Assembly: GCF_038025025.1 (NCBI RefSeq) | Contig: NW_027117341.1 | Location: forward strand, 1,364,001-1,428,000 | Source of the DNA: Phyllosticta citribraziliensis | Taxonomy: Eukaryota | Direction of reading: 5' to 3' | Length of the DNA: 64,000 bases | In this document: positions 34,644 to 45,808 of the stretch, piece after piece | How the letters are laid out: every line of letters starts with the position of its first letter | Position numbering within the stretch: position 1 is the first letter of the stretch | Notes under the pieces: model-generated | Told to the model about the DNA's origin: nothing | Seen by the model: only the letters and a program-made list of their open reading frames with translations | The model's database searches: none | Position numbers and translations under genes: made by a program

Positions 34644-37600
34644 CTACCCGACTCTTCTGCCATCCATCTGCAATTCCACACCCGCCTCGCCCATTCTCGC
34701 ACTCAGCACCGACCTTTTCGCACTGCCCTCGTGTTCATCATCACCGACCGCGACGCCCTGCGACGCCAGATGCTCACTGTGAGTGATGACGATGATGTGG
34801 CTGACCCTGGTATCAGCCATGAAATCGCACCACCGCGCGACGGCCGTCTGGCCGGCAACGTCGAGGCTGTCGAACACCTCGTCGACGAGCATGTACCTCG
34901 CGCGGTGCGGCGAGCGCGCCTGGCCGACGTACAGCAGCGCGAAGAGCAGGGCCAGGTCGATGCGCTTGCGCTCGCCGCTGCTGCGCTTGCCGTAGGACAG
35001 GGCGGCGTTGACTGATAGAGAGCTGTCGAGGGCGGCGCTCGCAGAGGCGGCTTCGTCGTCCTCCCCTTGCTGGCCCGCCGCTTCCGTCTCGGCTGCGGAC
35101 TCGTCGCCGACGAAGAGGGAGCGCAGCATGCCTGTCGTGAGGGCGCTGGCGTGGCGGCTGTTCTCGAACAGAATGGCGAGAACCTGCGTCGTGGTGGAGT
35201 TGAGTTCGGCGAGAGACTGCTTCAACACAAACTCACGGAAAGTGTGGGAGGAGGAGGACGTGGCTGGAGAGGATGCCGTCGCCGTCGACGCCGAGGCGGA
35301 CGAAGACACACGGCGGGTCTTTTGCTGTGCGAGTGCTGCGGCCCAGAAGTCGAAGATGTCTCGGGTTGCAGCAAGTGAAGCCATATCGTCGAGAAGTGCA
35401 TCACGATCAGCCTCCAGCTTTCGCAGTTCATCTGATTCCGTCTCGATGATCTGGCCATAGGTAGCGGCCTTTTCAGCACTGACCCGAGCAGTGGCCTGGA
35501 GCTCTCTGAGGCTCGCCTGCTTGGCAGAGTAGAGTTCCTTTTGGCCCTGAAGATCGACCAGGGTACTGAGGGCTGCATTCAAATGTGCCGGAATCGCCTT
35601 GGCTTGATCTGCAGAAACCTCTTTGAGGCTAGACTGCACATGCTCTTCCGAGATGTCTTTCTCGGTACCTATCTGTCGATGGATACTAGACTCGGTCCTG
35701 AGAATATCCAATTGATCCAGATCTCGTTGTTTCTCTCGTCTCTGTTTCTCTATATCTTCCAAGGACGTGCGGTAGGCTTGAAGCTGTTGATCTTTTCTGG
35801 CCTGGGCTTCCTTTCGCGCGTCCGCACCCGTCAGGTTTCCCAACCAAGCAGAGACTTTGTGCAATACTGTCAACAGCCCCCTCATTGTAGCCCTCATCAC
35901 ACGTTGTCCTTGTTTCAGAGACGACGATTGTTGCTGGGACAAAGAGTCCAGGCTAGCATCGGCAGAGTGCAAATAGCGTTGCATCCTCGTAAGCTTGCCC
36001 AGAAGCCAGCTGAAGAGTATCGTGGTGGCACGGTCGTCTGGTTTCACATCAAGCTCTGCATCTATAGAAACCTTCTGAGCAGAAAGCTGTGAGTGCTTGA
36101 CTTCCAGATTTGCGAGCTGCTGTTGTACTGCTTGGCTCTTTTGTTGCATGGTCGCCCGAGCTTCTTCGAACGCCATTCGAATATCTGCGAGTCTGTTATA
36201 CTGCATTAGGGCCTCCACTTGTTGCTGAGCCGCGCTGGTCTTATCGTCGAGAAGCTTCGACTGAGTCTGGAGTTCTTCGAGATCTTTCTGCCTCTGGTTG
36301 GCATGTTGGGAGTCGTCCTCCAGTTTCTTCCTCGCAGCTTCGAGTTGCCTGATATGATTCTGCATATGGTTCATGGTCTTGTCTAGTCCGTCAATTTTGG
36401 ACTGCAGCTCACTCATGTCCCCTCCGAGCTCGCGCAACATGTGGCGAGCGGTGCTGGCGCAGCGATCGAGGACCTCCAGTCCCAAAACCGAGAGGATCAG
36501 ATCCCGGCGTTGGGCAGGCGTCGAGCCAAGGAAGCTCGTAGCACTTTCGTTGCCCAGCACGACCGTCCTGATGAAGGTGTTGTAGTTGACACACAACAGC
36601 TCGTCGATGGCTGACTGGGTAGTGCGGGCATCAGCTTTCTCAAACTCTGGCAGAACTTCTCCCTCCCGCTCAACAATCGTTCTGTTGCCGAATTCCTTAT
36701 GTTTGCGGAACCTCGTAATAGCGTAGCCGTTCTCAAATTCCATGCGTACACTGCAGTCTCGCTTTGCTTTGTCGTTCACAACGTCATTGGCGCCGAGTCC
36801 GCTTCGGAGGCAGCGCCCGAACTGGCACCACACGATGGCCTCGACCAATGTGCTTTTGCCTGACCCGTTCTCACCAACCAGGAAAGTGAGGCCGCGTTTG
36901 ATGTCTGTTTCGAAATTCAAATGGATTGTAGATTGGATGCCCAGAAAGTTCGTTATGGTCAACGAACGAGGTCTAGCATCGAAGATAGAGGGAGACCTGA
37001 GGTTGTCCTTGGTCGCTGACCCCACGGTACGAGCCTCTTGGCCACTTCCATCAGTATTTCGTGACGGCAATATGCTTTGGTAGCTCAGAACCTCCGCCTG
37101 GCTCTCTCCGGGCGCTCGGGTCCCCTCCTCTGCTTGCTCATTCGCTCCGACTTCCAATAGTCTTTGGCCCACCTGCAGTAACAAGTCTCGGGACTGCTCG
37201 AGCGACTTGTTCAGGTCGAGAGCAGCCACATACCGTGTGGCCTGCTCCCAGACATCGACGGGTTGGGACTGAGATAGATCAGGAGCCAACACCGAGCCAA
37301 CCATGTCTGCTGCGGCGTTTGGCTCGCCAGGTGTAGCCTCGACTACATCGCCCCCCGACTCGAGATTGGCTTTTGCGGCAGAGATATCGCTGGCAGGCGT
37401 CGAGGTGCCCAGTCCCTGTAAGATGGCCGTGCTCTGGAGTCTGGGTGCCAGAGGACTCCAGCTCCTGATACTGCGGGCGCCGAAAGAAACGAGCTTGTCC
37501 CTGGCAGCAGCGTACCTAAACCGTGTAAGGTCGCCGAGAAGCATGACATGCCTGCCACGAAGGACCTCAGGGTCAACAGCTCCGTCGAGAACCTCATCCA

Positions 37601-38462
37601 CACCCACGGTGATGAAACCCACTCCATGCGGATTCACGATGAGCTCCTGGTCCAGGGTTTCAGGATCCAGCAGGATCACCCCGCGCTGCTCGTCCCATAA
37701 ATCTGCCCAGGTCAACTGTAGCGGCGAGCCCACATACGTCACACTCCCACGCATACAGGCTTCCTGTGTAACATGCTGGGCCCTTCCAGAGGCAGGTTCC
37801 GTGAGTGAAGCCTGGAGGATAGTCTGATGGCAGTGGAAGTGACCCGTAAAGGTCCTGGCCAAGGACGCGAAATAGCCCGGCCCAGTCAGCCCGTGGTAAG
37901 CAACAGACCGAGTCCTGTGGCTAGTGGTGTCGGAGCCGGGTTGAACAATGTGGCGTTGCGTAATGGCCCGATGCAGAGCAAGGTGTGCGAATGCGACCGT
38001 GTCGGCAGCATCACGTAGGTCCAGGCCAGCGACGGCATCAGTCAGTGTGCTCTGGTCCTCGCGGAAGGGCAGCATCAGCACACGACGGCCATCCCACACA
38101 TGGGAGCTCACGTCCCAGTGCAACTGGACGGCGGGCGCAGCCAGGCGCAGTGCGTCGAGGGCAGTGGTAGCATTGCTGTGGTCGCGGCGGTAGGCCAGGT
38201 CATGGTTTCCCAGGAGGACATGGACGTGAGGCACTTTGGCGTCATGTATTATGGATTCGAGGAAGCGGTAGCAAGAGGAGAGCACGTGAGTGGGCTGGTT
38301 GGACCGGCTCGTCAGGAGATCGCCGCACACCACAACGCGGTGCACCCTGTGCTGGGCGGCGATGGAAGTGATCCAGGCCGCCGTTTGAGCGATGCGATCC
38401 AGGTCATGATGTTTGAAGTGGATGTCGGCCAAGAGCAGCCATTTAAGCTTTGCGGAGCGCAT
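34644..38462 (-). CDS. Fused Mre11/SbcD-like metallophosphoesterase nuclease + Rad50/SbcC-like (SMC-type) ABC ATPase, 1272 aa, intronless
   Basis: Nuclease motifs ADIH, CGDL, LGNHD, AFAH, TGHFH and YVGSP. ATPase motifs: Walker A GENGSGKST (~aa 530), coiled coils, signature RSSGERKR, Walker B/D-loop YMLVDEVFDSLD (~aa 1190) and H-loop IVITHS. Confidence 0.9.
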   Translation of the reverse strand: MRSAKLKWLLLADIHFKHHDLDRIAQTAAWITSIAAQHRVHRVVVCGDLLTSRSNQPTHVLSSCYRFLESIIHDAKVPHVHVLLGNHDLAYRRDHSNATTALDALRLAAPAVQLHWDVSSHVWDGRRVLMLPFREDQSTLTDAVAGLDLRDAADTVAFAHLALHRAITQRHIVQPGSDTTSHRTRSVAYHGLTGPGYFASLARTFTGHFHCHQTILQASLTEPASGRAQHVTQEACMRGSVTYVGSPLQLTWADLWDEQRGVILLDPETLDQELIVNPHGVGFITVGVDEVLDGAVDPEVLRGRHVMLLGDLTRFRYAAARDKLVSFGARSIRSWSPLAPRLQSTAILQGLGTSTPASDISAAKANLESGGDVVEATPGEPNAAADMVGSVLAPDLSQSQPVDVWEQATRYVAALDLNKSLEQSRDLLLQVGQRLLEVGANEQAEEGTRAPGESQAEVLSYQSILPSRNTDGSGQEARTVGSATKDNLRSPSIFDARPRSLTITNFLGIQSTIHLNFETDIKRGLTFLVGENGSGKSTLVEAIVWCQFGRCLRSGLGANDVVNDKAKRDCSVRMEFENGYAITRFRKHKEFGNRTIVEREGEVLPEFEKADARTTQSAIDELLCVNYNTFIRTVVLGNESATSFLGSTPAQRRDLILSVLGLEVLDRCASTARHMLRELGGDMSELQSKIDGLDKTMNHMQNHIRQLEAARKKLEDDSQHANQRQKDLEELQTQSKLLDDKTSAAQQQVEALMQYNRLADIRMAFEEARATMQQKSQAVQQQLANLEVKHSQLSAQKVSIDAELDVKPDDRATTILFSWLLGKLTRMQRYLHSADASLDSLSQQQSSSLKQGQRVMRATMRGLLTVLHKVSAWLGNLTGADARKEAQARKDQQLQAYRTSLEDIEKQRREKQRDLDQLDILRTESSIHRQIGTEKDISEEHVQSSLKEVSADQAKAIPAHLNAALSTLVDLQGQKELYSAKQASLRELQATARVSAEKAATYGQIIETESDELRKLEADRDALLDDMASLAATRDIFDFWAAALAQQKTRRVSSSASASTATASSPATSSSSHTFREFVLKQSLAELNSTTTQVLAILFENSRHASALTTGMLRSLFVGDESAAETEAAGQQGEDDEAASASAALDSSLSVNAALSYGKRSSGERKRIDLALLFALLYVGQARSPHRARYMLVDEVFDSLDVAGQTAVARWCDFMADTRVSHIIVITHSEHLASQGVAVGDDEHEGSAKRSVLSARMGEAGVELQMDGRRVG

Positions 38463-39764
38463 GGCCGTGGTGCCACTGGAACATGGTAATTGCTAGAAGG
38501 GAATGGTCGTCGCAAAAATTGTAAGTTGATGATCTTGAGCGGGTGGGCAAGTTCGGAGTTCTGGCGGTACCCGGATTTCGGGGAGGGTTCCATACAAATC
38601 GCAGGCCCGGAACGTCAGTCTCTGACTCAGAAACCTTTGGGATCGGGCATCTTCAAAGAATAGCAGGTCCACCAAGGGAGCGAATCAAGGTGTATTGTAT
38701 TGAGTGAGGTGAATGCGGGACTGAGATATTCCCCCAAGGCGAAGCCCGCGGCACGCGCTAGACTAACTACGGACTAGCGCATCGGCTGTCTGACGACTCT
38801 ACTCTGTAGGTCCCCGGCCTCCATCAATCTTTTTACCAGCTGACGCCACCGTATTGAATTGTAGAAGACGCAGCATTTGAGTCCAGATCCCTACTGCTAC
38901 CTGCATGCTCTGGAACAATCCTTCCGAGGCCCGCGTACTGGAATGTTCGTGCCCGCAGCGGATCTACATGTTTAGCCAACGTGTTCGGTCGACAACACCT
39001 TTTCTCCCCTCACATGGCACCATGGCAGCTTCATACAGCACCGTTGCGCAGCGGGTCAAGGTGTAAGCAGGCACTTCGGAATTTGAGGCCAAGTCTGAAA
39101 GCAACGCTCGCATGTCCAGCGCTTGATTCAGAGTAGGTTTCCATTTGCAAGCCCGCCTTCAGTCTGCCACCTGCCAATGCTCCAGCCAGCTTGTGTAGAT
39201 TGTGCGAGACTTTCTTGGTAGCAGCATGGATCGCTTCGAGAGCTGGTTTTGGCAGTGGCGAGCGTGGTGTTGCCCACCACCGCCGTGCCGTGGGTGCCTT
39301 CCGAATTCGTGACGGCAAGACCCAAATCGCCCTCCTGCTCGCCCACCCACCTCATCGCACTCCCTCAACCTCCACCCCCCCATCTACATCCATCCTCCTC
39401 GTTACCCCTCTCCCTCACATTCAGCGGTGCGCGTCAAGACACCTTGCCGCTTGAGCGCCTCTGCTCACTGCGCTTGACTGCTCCTTCAGCGCGTCGCTCC
39501 GGACCCTCGACCTCATCCTGGCAAATCACAACGGCTGAACGCTCCCCAACCGTACCCTGACGCGTTTCCATCTTCTGGTAGCTCTCCCGCGTACCGAAGT
39601 TTGTCGACACGAATTTCCAAGTCAAGCAGACCTTCGCACCTTTCGCATGGTTTGACTGCGCTTCTGCAGTGAGGTGATCTCGCCTCCGACCTTTCGGTAA
39701 GTTTCTCCAATCCCTGCATGCATGGAAACTGGCACGGCGATTTCTGACAAGAATAGCAGACACC

Positions 39765-41116
39765 ATGATACGCAACAAAAGCGCACTGAGGAAGCCGACC
39801 CGCCTTCCGAATTTCAAACCCTTGACCCGCTCAAAGGCACGCAAACGAGATGTATTCCCTCTCTTCGAACTCCCTGCCGAACTTCGCCTGCAAATCTATG
39901 AGTATGCGTTGCCGAACGCTCGATCTTATGGCCCCGTCGCAAGGAATCCTTGTTTGAATAAAGGCATTCTTTGCTTGCACCAGGAAGAGAAAAAGAGCAA
40001 ATGCCCTAAGGGCTTTGTGGCGTTGATGACAACCAACCGCACTGTGTATCATGAGACGCTCGAGGTTCTCTACAGCTCTCGGCTGCAAAATGATCCAACA
40101 ATGGTCCAAATGGATGTTGGCGACGATTACATTCGAATTCGAGGCTACGAAATCTTCTGCGCCAAGCATCACGCCTTCGACAAAGACATCGAAGGAATAT
40201 TCCCCCACATGCGTCATGTTGAGCTACGCGTCCATGCCTTCTGCAATCCATTCCCAGAAGACGACGAATTTGGCGATGCCGAACCTGTTGACGAGCTACA
40301 GCTGGCACGACGGAAATGCCTGAGAGGCAACTTGCGCTGGGTGGCTTCCCGGTTGAGACAAGTCAAGTCTCTGTCCAGCATGGTAATCCGGCAGGTCGAC
40401 TGGGAGTTCAATGACTGGCATGAATGTGACCCTGATGATCTCTTCGAAGATTTGGATTTCATCCTCAAGCCGTTGAGGGTCATCACTTCCCTGGAAAAGG
40501 TCGAATTCGGAGACCCTGCTGCCCCTGTCTATTGGAATGGGCTTTTCCGCTGCGAATGCTTCCTGGAGCGCGACGACGAAGATAGGGGAGCGTTCGATGT
40601 ATGCAAGGACTTCGAGCGTCGTTTGAAGAAGCGCATGACCAGCAAGAAGCTGGTGAAGGAGGAGCCAGAACTTTTCAGCCTCTATGATGATTTCGTCCAC
40701 AAGCTCAAGAAGTGCGAGCTGTCAGGTACGAACATTGATACCAAGGATCTCTTCTCAAAAGCATTGGACTTCAGGGACGAGGGCAAAGTCAAGGCCTTCA
40801 GCTCGCTTATGGACAAGTTCGCAAATCAGTTCCAAGATGAGGTCGAACAGAGGCTGGAGCTTTATGATGAGATCGAATCCGTCGTTGACAAAGCAAACTT
40901 CATCCAGGGACTGGCCCCTGAACCCTCCGAGTGAGTGAGTGTATCTGGAAACGTCTATGGAGACATGCTAATACCAGCATGTGTAGGAGCAGCTCCAGAT
41001 CTGCATCGCCTTCACTGGCAGAGGAAGAGGAGCTACGTGCAGATATTGAAGGCGAATGGGACTCGGAATCGAGATTGGCCGACGAATGGGGCCTTGATGG
41101 AAGTGCTAGCGATTAG
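39765..41116 (+). CDS. F-box-like hypothetical protein (paralogue B)
   Basis: ORF 39765-40934 with FPLFELPAELRLQIYEYALP. A probable intron from 40931 (GTGAGT...GCTAAT...AG at 40977 or 40986, same frame) extends it to the stop at 41116. An upstream intron-like element lies at 39697-39756. Confidence 0.75.
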
Positions 41117-41798
41117 TGGTCCTAGCTCTCCATCGCCCTGACCATGGCTTTCTGGCTTTCACACACTTCACGCGCGTCACAGGCTTTGCTTTGCCTGCTG
41201 GCGCTTTGCTTCTCCACTAGGTAGCTTCTCAGAGTCTAGCTTTCGACATCAATGGGATAGTTTGTGATAATCATCTGCGGACGAAGCCTCCTTGTGCGTG
41301 TGGCTGACGCTCATGTAGAGTTTGGGTGTGGTCGAAGCCTCCTGGTCACCGCAACAGACTGTAAATGAGATGGGATGGGAGACTGGTGAAGGTAATGTAG
41401 ATAGGATCTGCTCCATGAATACGATAATCACCACTACCACTACCACTCCTCCTCCACATCCAACATCTTCCAGCATCTCCTCATCCCTCCATTCCTCTCC
41501 TCCACACCGTCCGGCATCCATCCATAATCCATCCATTACCCTCTCCCCGCACTTTCCCTCGCTCCATGTCGCTCGCTCGGCCGTGACGTGGACATGACGA
41601 GTAAATGACATGGTAGATATGGATATGGCGGACTATTCCCGGTCCGGTCCGTACCGTATCTTATCCATACTGTTTCGTGTCGTAGCTATGATACAATGTT
41701 TGCGATGTGATGATGGTGTCTGTCTGTCTACCTGCTTGCTTACTTACCTATATATATACATGCAGTCCTAGTCCTATTCCTGTGTCTGTACCTTGGCT

Positions 41799-41802
<4 letters not shown>

Positions 41803-41830
<28 letters not shown>
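41803..41830. repeat. (CT)n microsatellite
   Basis: Run of CT dinucleotides seen directly. Confidence 0.95.
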
Positions 41831-41834
<4 letters not shown>

Positions 41835-42011
41835 AACGTCTCTGTTTACGTCTCTGTTTACGTCTCGTTCTTCGTGTCTGTGTCTGTATCTGCAAATGTT
41901 GTATGTCCCTCACATCTCCTCCTCTGTACTTATACTCCTAACCCCCGTCGTCCCCATGCTCCTCACATAACCTTCTACGAACTCTCCTCATCCCCAACGC
42001 GCAATGCCCCC

Positions 42012-45000
42012 TCACACGCCCGGCGGCCTGATGACGTCTTCCTCGCCGCTCAAGATGCCCATGGCCCAATGCACGCGCGTCGCCGGATTCGTCCAGACGA
42101 AGCGGCGATCGGTCGCGTCGGCGTCAAGAGCACTGGCGGCAGCAGGCGGCGGCTGCGGCTGCGGCGGCGCGTGTGCAGAATAAGAAGAAAAGGAGGAAGA
42201 AGAAGGGACGCTGGGCGCCGGCGGCGTCTGGCGGCTGGCGGCGTGGCTGGGTCTACTGTCAAAGTCGTCGCGAGGGGAGTTAGATGACACGGACACGGCG
42301 TTGGCGTTGTCGCTCTTGCGGCCGCTGCGGCGCTCGTCCTTGCTGGCGCCCTCGCGGCGGTAGACCCAGAGGGGCCCGCGGCCCGCCTTGCCCGCGCGCT
42401 CCCACACCTTCTGGCAGCCGTTGGCGACGAGGCCGGCGCTGGCCCAGCCCGTGCGGTTCTCAATGTCGGTGACGTGCGTGACGAGCCACTCGCGCTGCGC
42501 GTGCTCCGTGTACTGGATGCCGGCGAAGAAGAGCGGCATGATGACCTCGATGAGCGCCGCGCCGATGCTGGGGTTGAGCTCGGCCAGCTTGGCGCGCTCG
42601 CCCGGCGGCGCCGACGACGGCAGCGGCGGCGGCATGACGCCTGCGGCGATGCGGCCAATGTCGTTGGCGGGCCCCGCTGTTTGCGAGGCTGCTACGGCGG
42701 CGGCCATGATGGCGGCCGGCGGCATCGAGGGGTGGCACCGTGCCAGGATGATGGTTAGCATGTGGTACTGGGACCAGAGGACGGCGATGTCGAAGCTGCG
42801 GTACTGGAGGGCCGGGCCGAAGGGTGTGGGTATTGCGGTGCAGTGCTCGGGGGAGAGGGGCGCGAAGGCTGGGCCTAGGTATGAGGCATAGGTCGTGAGA
42901 GCGGCACGGATGGTAGTCCACTCTGATAGGGCGGCGCTCGTGGCAGCCTCTAGGTCGGCCTGGGTTTGGATGGGGGAGGAAGAGGACGAGGAGGATGATG
43001 CAGGGGATGGCGTCGACTGCGAGGCAAAGGCTGCCGGCATGGTCGCGTTTCCCGACGGAGGCGCCATGCCGTAAAAGGGAATTGCAGGCGTGGGGATGCC
43101 GTTGGAGGTGCTGCCTTGTCGGTTCGGCATGGCGGCCTGGCCCGGCGAGGCGTTGAAACCGGGATGCGCGGAACCGCCGCCATGGCTCGACGGCGACGGC
43201 ATTCCTAGCCCTGGTCTCCAGGCACCGCCATTCATCTCAACTGCCCTGACCTTTCTCTCGCGATCGCGGGCCGCAAAGTCTCCTATGCGAGCCAGCAAGA
43301 GGAGCGAGTGGTCGTGAGTGCCGTACAGCGCGTCGGGTTTCCCAATCGGGGCTCGGGGCGGACAATCCGAGCATCGACTGTAGTCCATGCTGTCGCGCAG
43401 TCAGAAGATGCACAGCAAAACAGTGGAGAAACATACAGAAGCTTGTTCCCGCTAATGACGGCTTGGAAGGCATCGTGCCTAAAGTACCACCACCACAGAT
43501 CCTGGTACGTTTCGTAGTGGGTCAAGTCCATGGCAGGCACTCTGGCATGCTCTTCGTACACCTGCCCATAGTCTTCGTACCTTACTTGTCTGCCTATGAG
43601 CGCACTGACAACCCTCTCGTCGGGAAAATCACTACATTTGTCACTGTCGAGGCCGGCTTGGTTCATTATCAGGCCGGGATCTTCATAGGCAAATTGGCGC
43701 TCAGTGGCTTCCTCTTCGGCCTTTTGCTTGCACCACAGCTTAGTCATATCAGCAAAGTCGAGTTCTACCAAGAGCTGTTTGGCACCCATGAGGTGGCTAC
43801 TCCATTTGACATCTGCAAGGGGTCAGTCTTTTAAAAACAAATGGCCAAGCCAATTGACCTACGCTCGGCAAGCATGACTTCATAAAAGGCGAGCAAGAGA
43901 CAAGCCGCAATCGTGGTAACGTGGTGCCGCTTCCTCGGGTGGCCGACGCTGTGGTGGACGCGCTTCAGCGCGTAGGCGTAGTGCTTGATTGATGGAGTTA
44001 TCGAGGCATCCTGCAGTTTGGCAATGTGCAGGGATGCCAGGGCGAGCATGGCATGCAGCAGACCCTGGTTGTTGAGGGCCAGCATGGGCAGCGTGTAGGT
44101 CCACAAGCTCTGCTGGCTTGGGTGCACCGGGCCCTCTGTAAACATGGCAGAGGCATTGCGGATCCTTCGTTCAAAGATGGACAGGCTGGGCCCGGTAGCG
44201 TGGATAAAGTGGGCAAACACGCGAGCCGTCCGCGGGTTGCGCAGGGGGTTGGCAACCCATTCGGCGCGGTAGCGGTCGAGAATGCCCGTATACAGAAAGG
44301 TGCCGTAGTGCCGGACGCTTAGATCGTCTATGCTATCCCGCTGTATCTGCATCATGACCTCAAAGTCGCGCTGCTGGCGGTGGACCAAGGCCTGTTGCGA
44401 CACTAGCTCCATTTCGTCGTCGGATTGAACGTCGTAATAGTCGTCATCCTCATACTCGACTGCCGCGTCTTGCAGAATTTCGGTCGTGCTAGCGTGCGTC
44501 ATGGCGAACCCAGAGTGTTGCAGCCTGGCGGAATAAGGCACAGCTTGCGACACTGGCGCCGGCTGTTCTGCTTTTTTGAACAATTGTTAGTGTGGTTTAC
44601 ATTACAAAGCGCCCCCGTCAAGGCTCTCTGTGCGGAAGCCGCGCGCAGTAGCAGTGCGGCTCCGGCGGCACCGAAAAGGAGCGAAAAGTAGAAACCGTAT
44701 GATGAAATACCTATGATCGGATGCGCCGTTGACGTCGCCGGCGACTGCACATTGACAGCCTGCCGCGGATCTCCGGGCTCTTGTTGTTGGTGATGCATTA
44801 GACGCAGAGGCTCCCCGTCACCCGCCTCCATGCAACTGGCCATTTTTTGCCAGACCAAGACATCCTGCTCGGCCGCCTGCATGACTTGGTCTTGTTCTGA
44901 TTCACTCAGCATTTGGGCTGGCTTGTAAGACTCGGCAGCAGAAGTCTGCGCCGGAAATTGATATGCCTGACTATAATGATGATGATTCTGCTGAGCAGCC

Positions 45001-45773
45001 TGCACTCCCCCCACATTCAATGGCATTGCCACGTGCTGGTAGCCATGGTGCGTTTGCTCCAGGGGCTCCGGCGAGTGGTACGGCAGCTGCACGGGTTGTT
45101 GCCGGTGTCCCTGAGACGCTGCCCTCGGCATCTGCGGAGACACGTGAGTGTAGTCTGCCGGCATCGGGGCCATGGAATATGGGGCGGGGTACGACTGATC
45201 GACTTGGTGCTGGCCATAAGGGGTCGGCGAGGGGACGTAGCCGGGCGACGCTTCCGGGGGATAGGTGCCGGCAACGGTGCGGCCGGGAACATTTTCGACG
45301 GAAAAGTGACTGTGCTGCGGCTGCGCAAAGGCGTACTGAGGCTCTTGGCGCGGGTACTGCGAGGTGTAGGGGACTCTCGGAGGCGCGGACCCTGGGTACG
45401 GCTGCTGGAACCCGGAGAGAGGGCGAGGGCCGCCCCCGGGAACGACACCGACACCGCCGTGGAAGGACAGAGGGTTGGCCTGGGCGGCGGGCCAGTCTCC
45501 AATGGGGGGCTTGAAAACGACGCGCTGGTTGTAGCCGTCGCAGTGGCGTTTTGATTTGATGCAATTATTGCAAATGGGACGTTCCTCTCCACACTTGATG
45601 CGGCGTTTTCGACACGTCAGGCATCCCGTCTTGGTCCTCTTTCGAGCTTTTGTGTTGGAGTCGGCGGATGACTTGATCCTGGGGTCGACATCCTTTGACG
45701 AGGGGTCGGAGAGGTCCTTCTTGTCCGGCGAGGCGGAAGAGGCTAGAGAGGTGGCGGGACCGGCAGACGCCAT
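42012..45773 (-). CDS. Zn(II)2Cys6 transcription factor with fungal-specific TF domain, 4 exons
   Basis: RKRTKTGCLTCRKRRIKCGEERPICNNCIKSKRHCDGY and LLHAMLALASLHIA; introns 44571-44710, 43813-43862 and 43390-43436 restore the frame. Confidence 0.9.
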
Positions 45774-45779
45774 GGAAAA

Positions 45780-45808
45780 GGACAGGACAGGACAGGACAG
45801 GACAGGAC
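45780..45808. repeat. (GGACA)n pentanucleotide repeat in the TF 5' leader
   Basis: Tandem GGACA units immediately upstream of the ATG at 45773. Confidence 0.85.

Noticed and set aside
34644..38462. Calling the ORF canonical RAD50, MRE11 or an SMC subunit
   Set aside because: It has a fused architecture, short coiled coils, no zinc hook or SMC hinge, and motifs unlike eukaryotic Rad50/Mre11
27500..41200. Transposon or Starship boundaries around the accessory-looking block
   Set aside because: No transposase or tyrosine recombinase, terminal repeats or RIP-like AT-rich tracts seen, and the block contains the housekeeping gene MTG2
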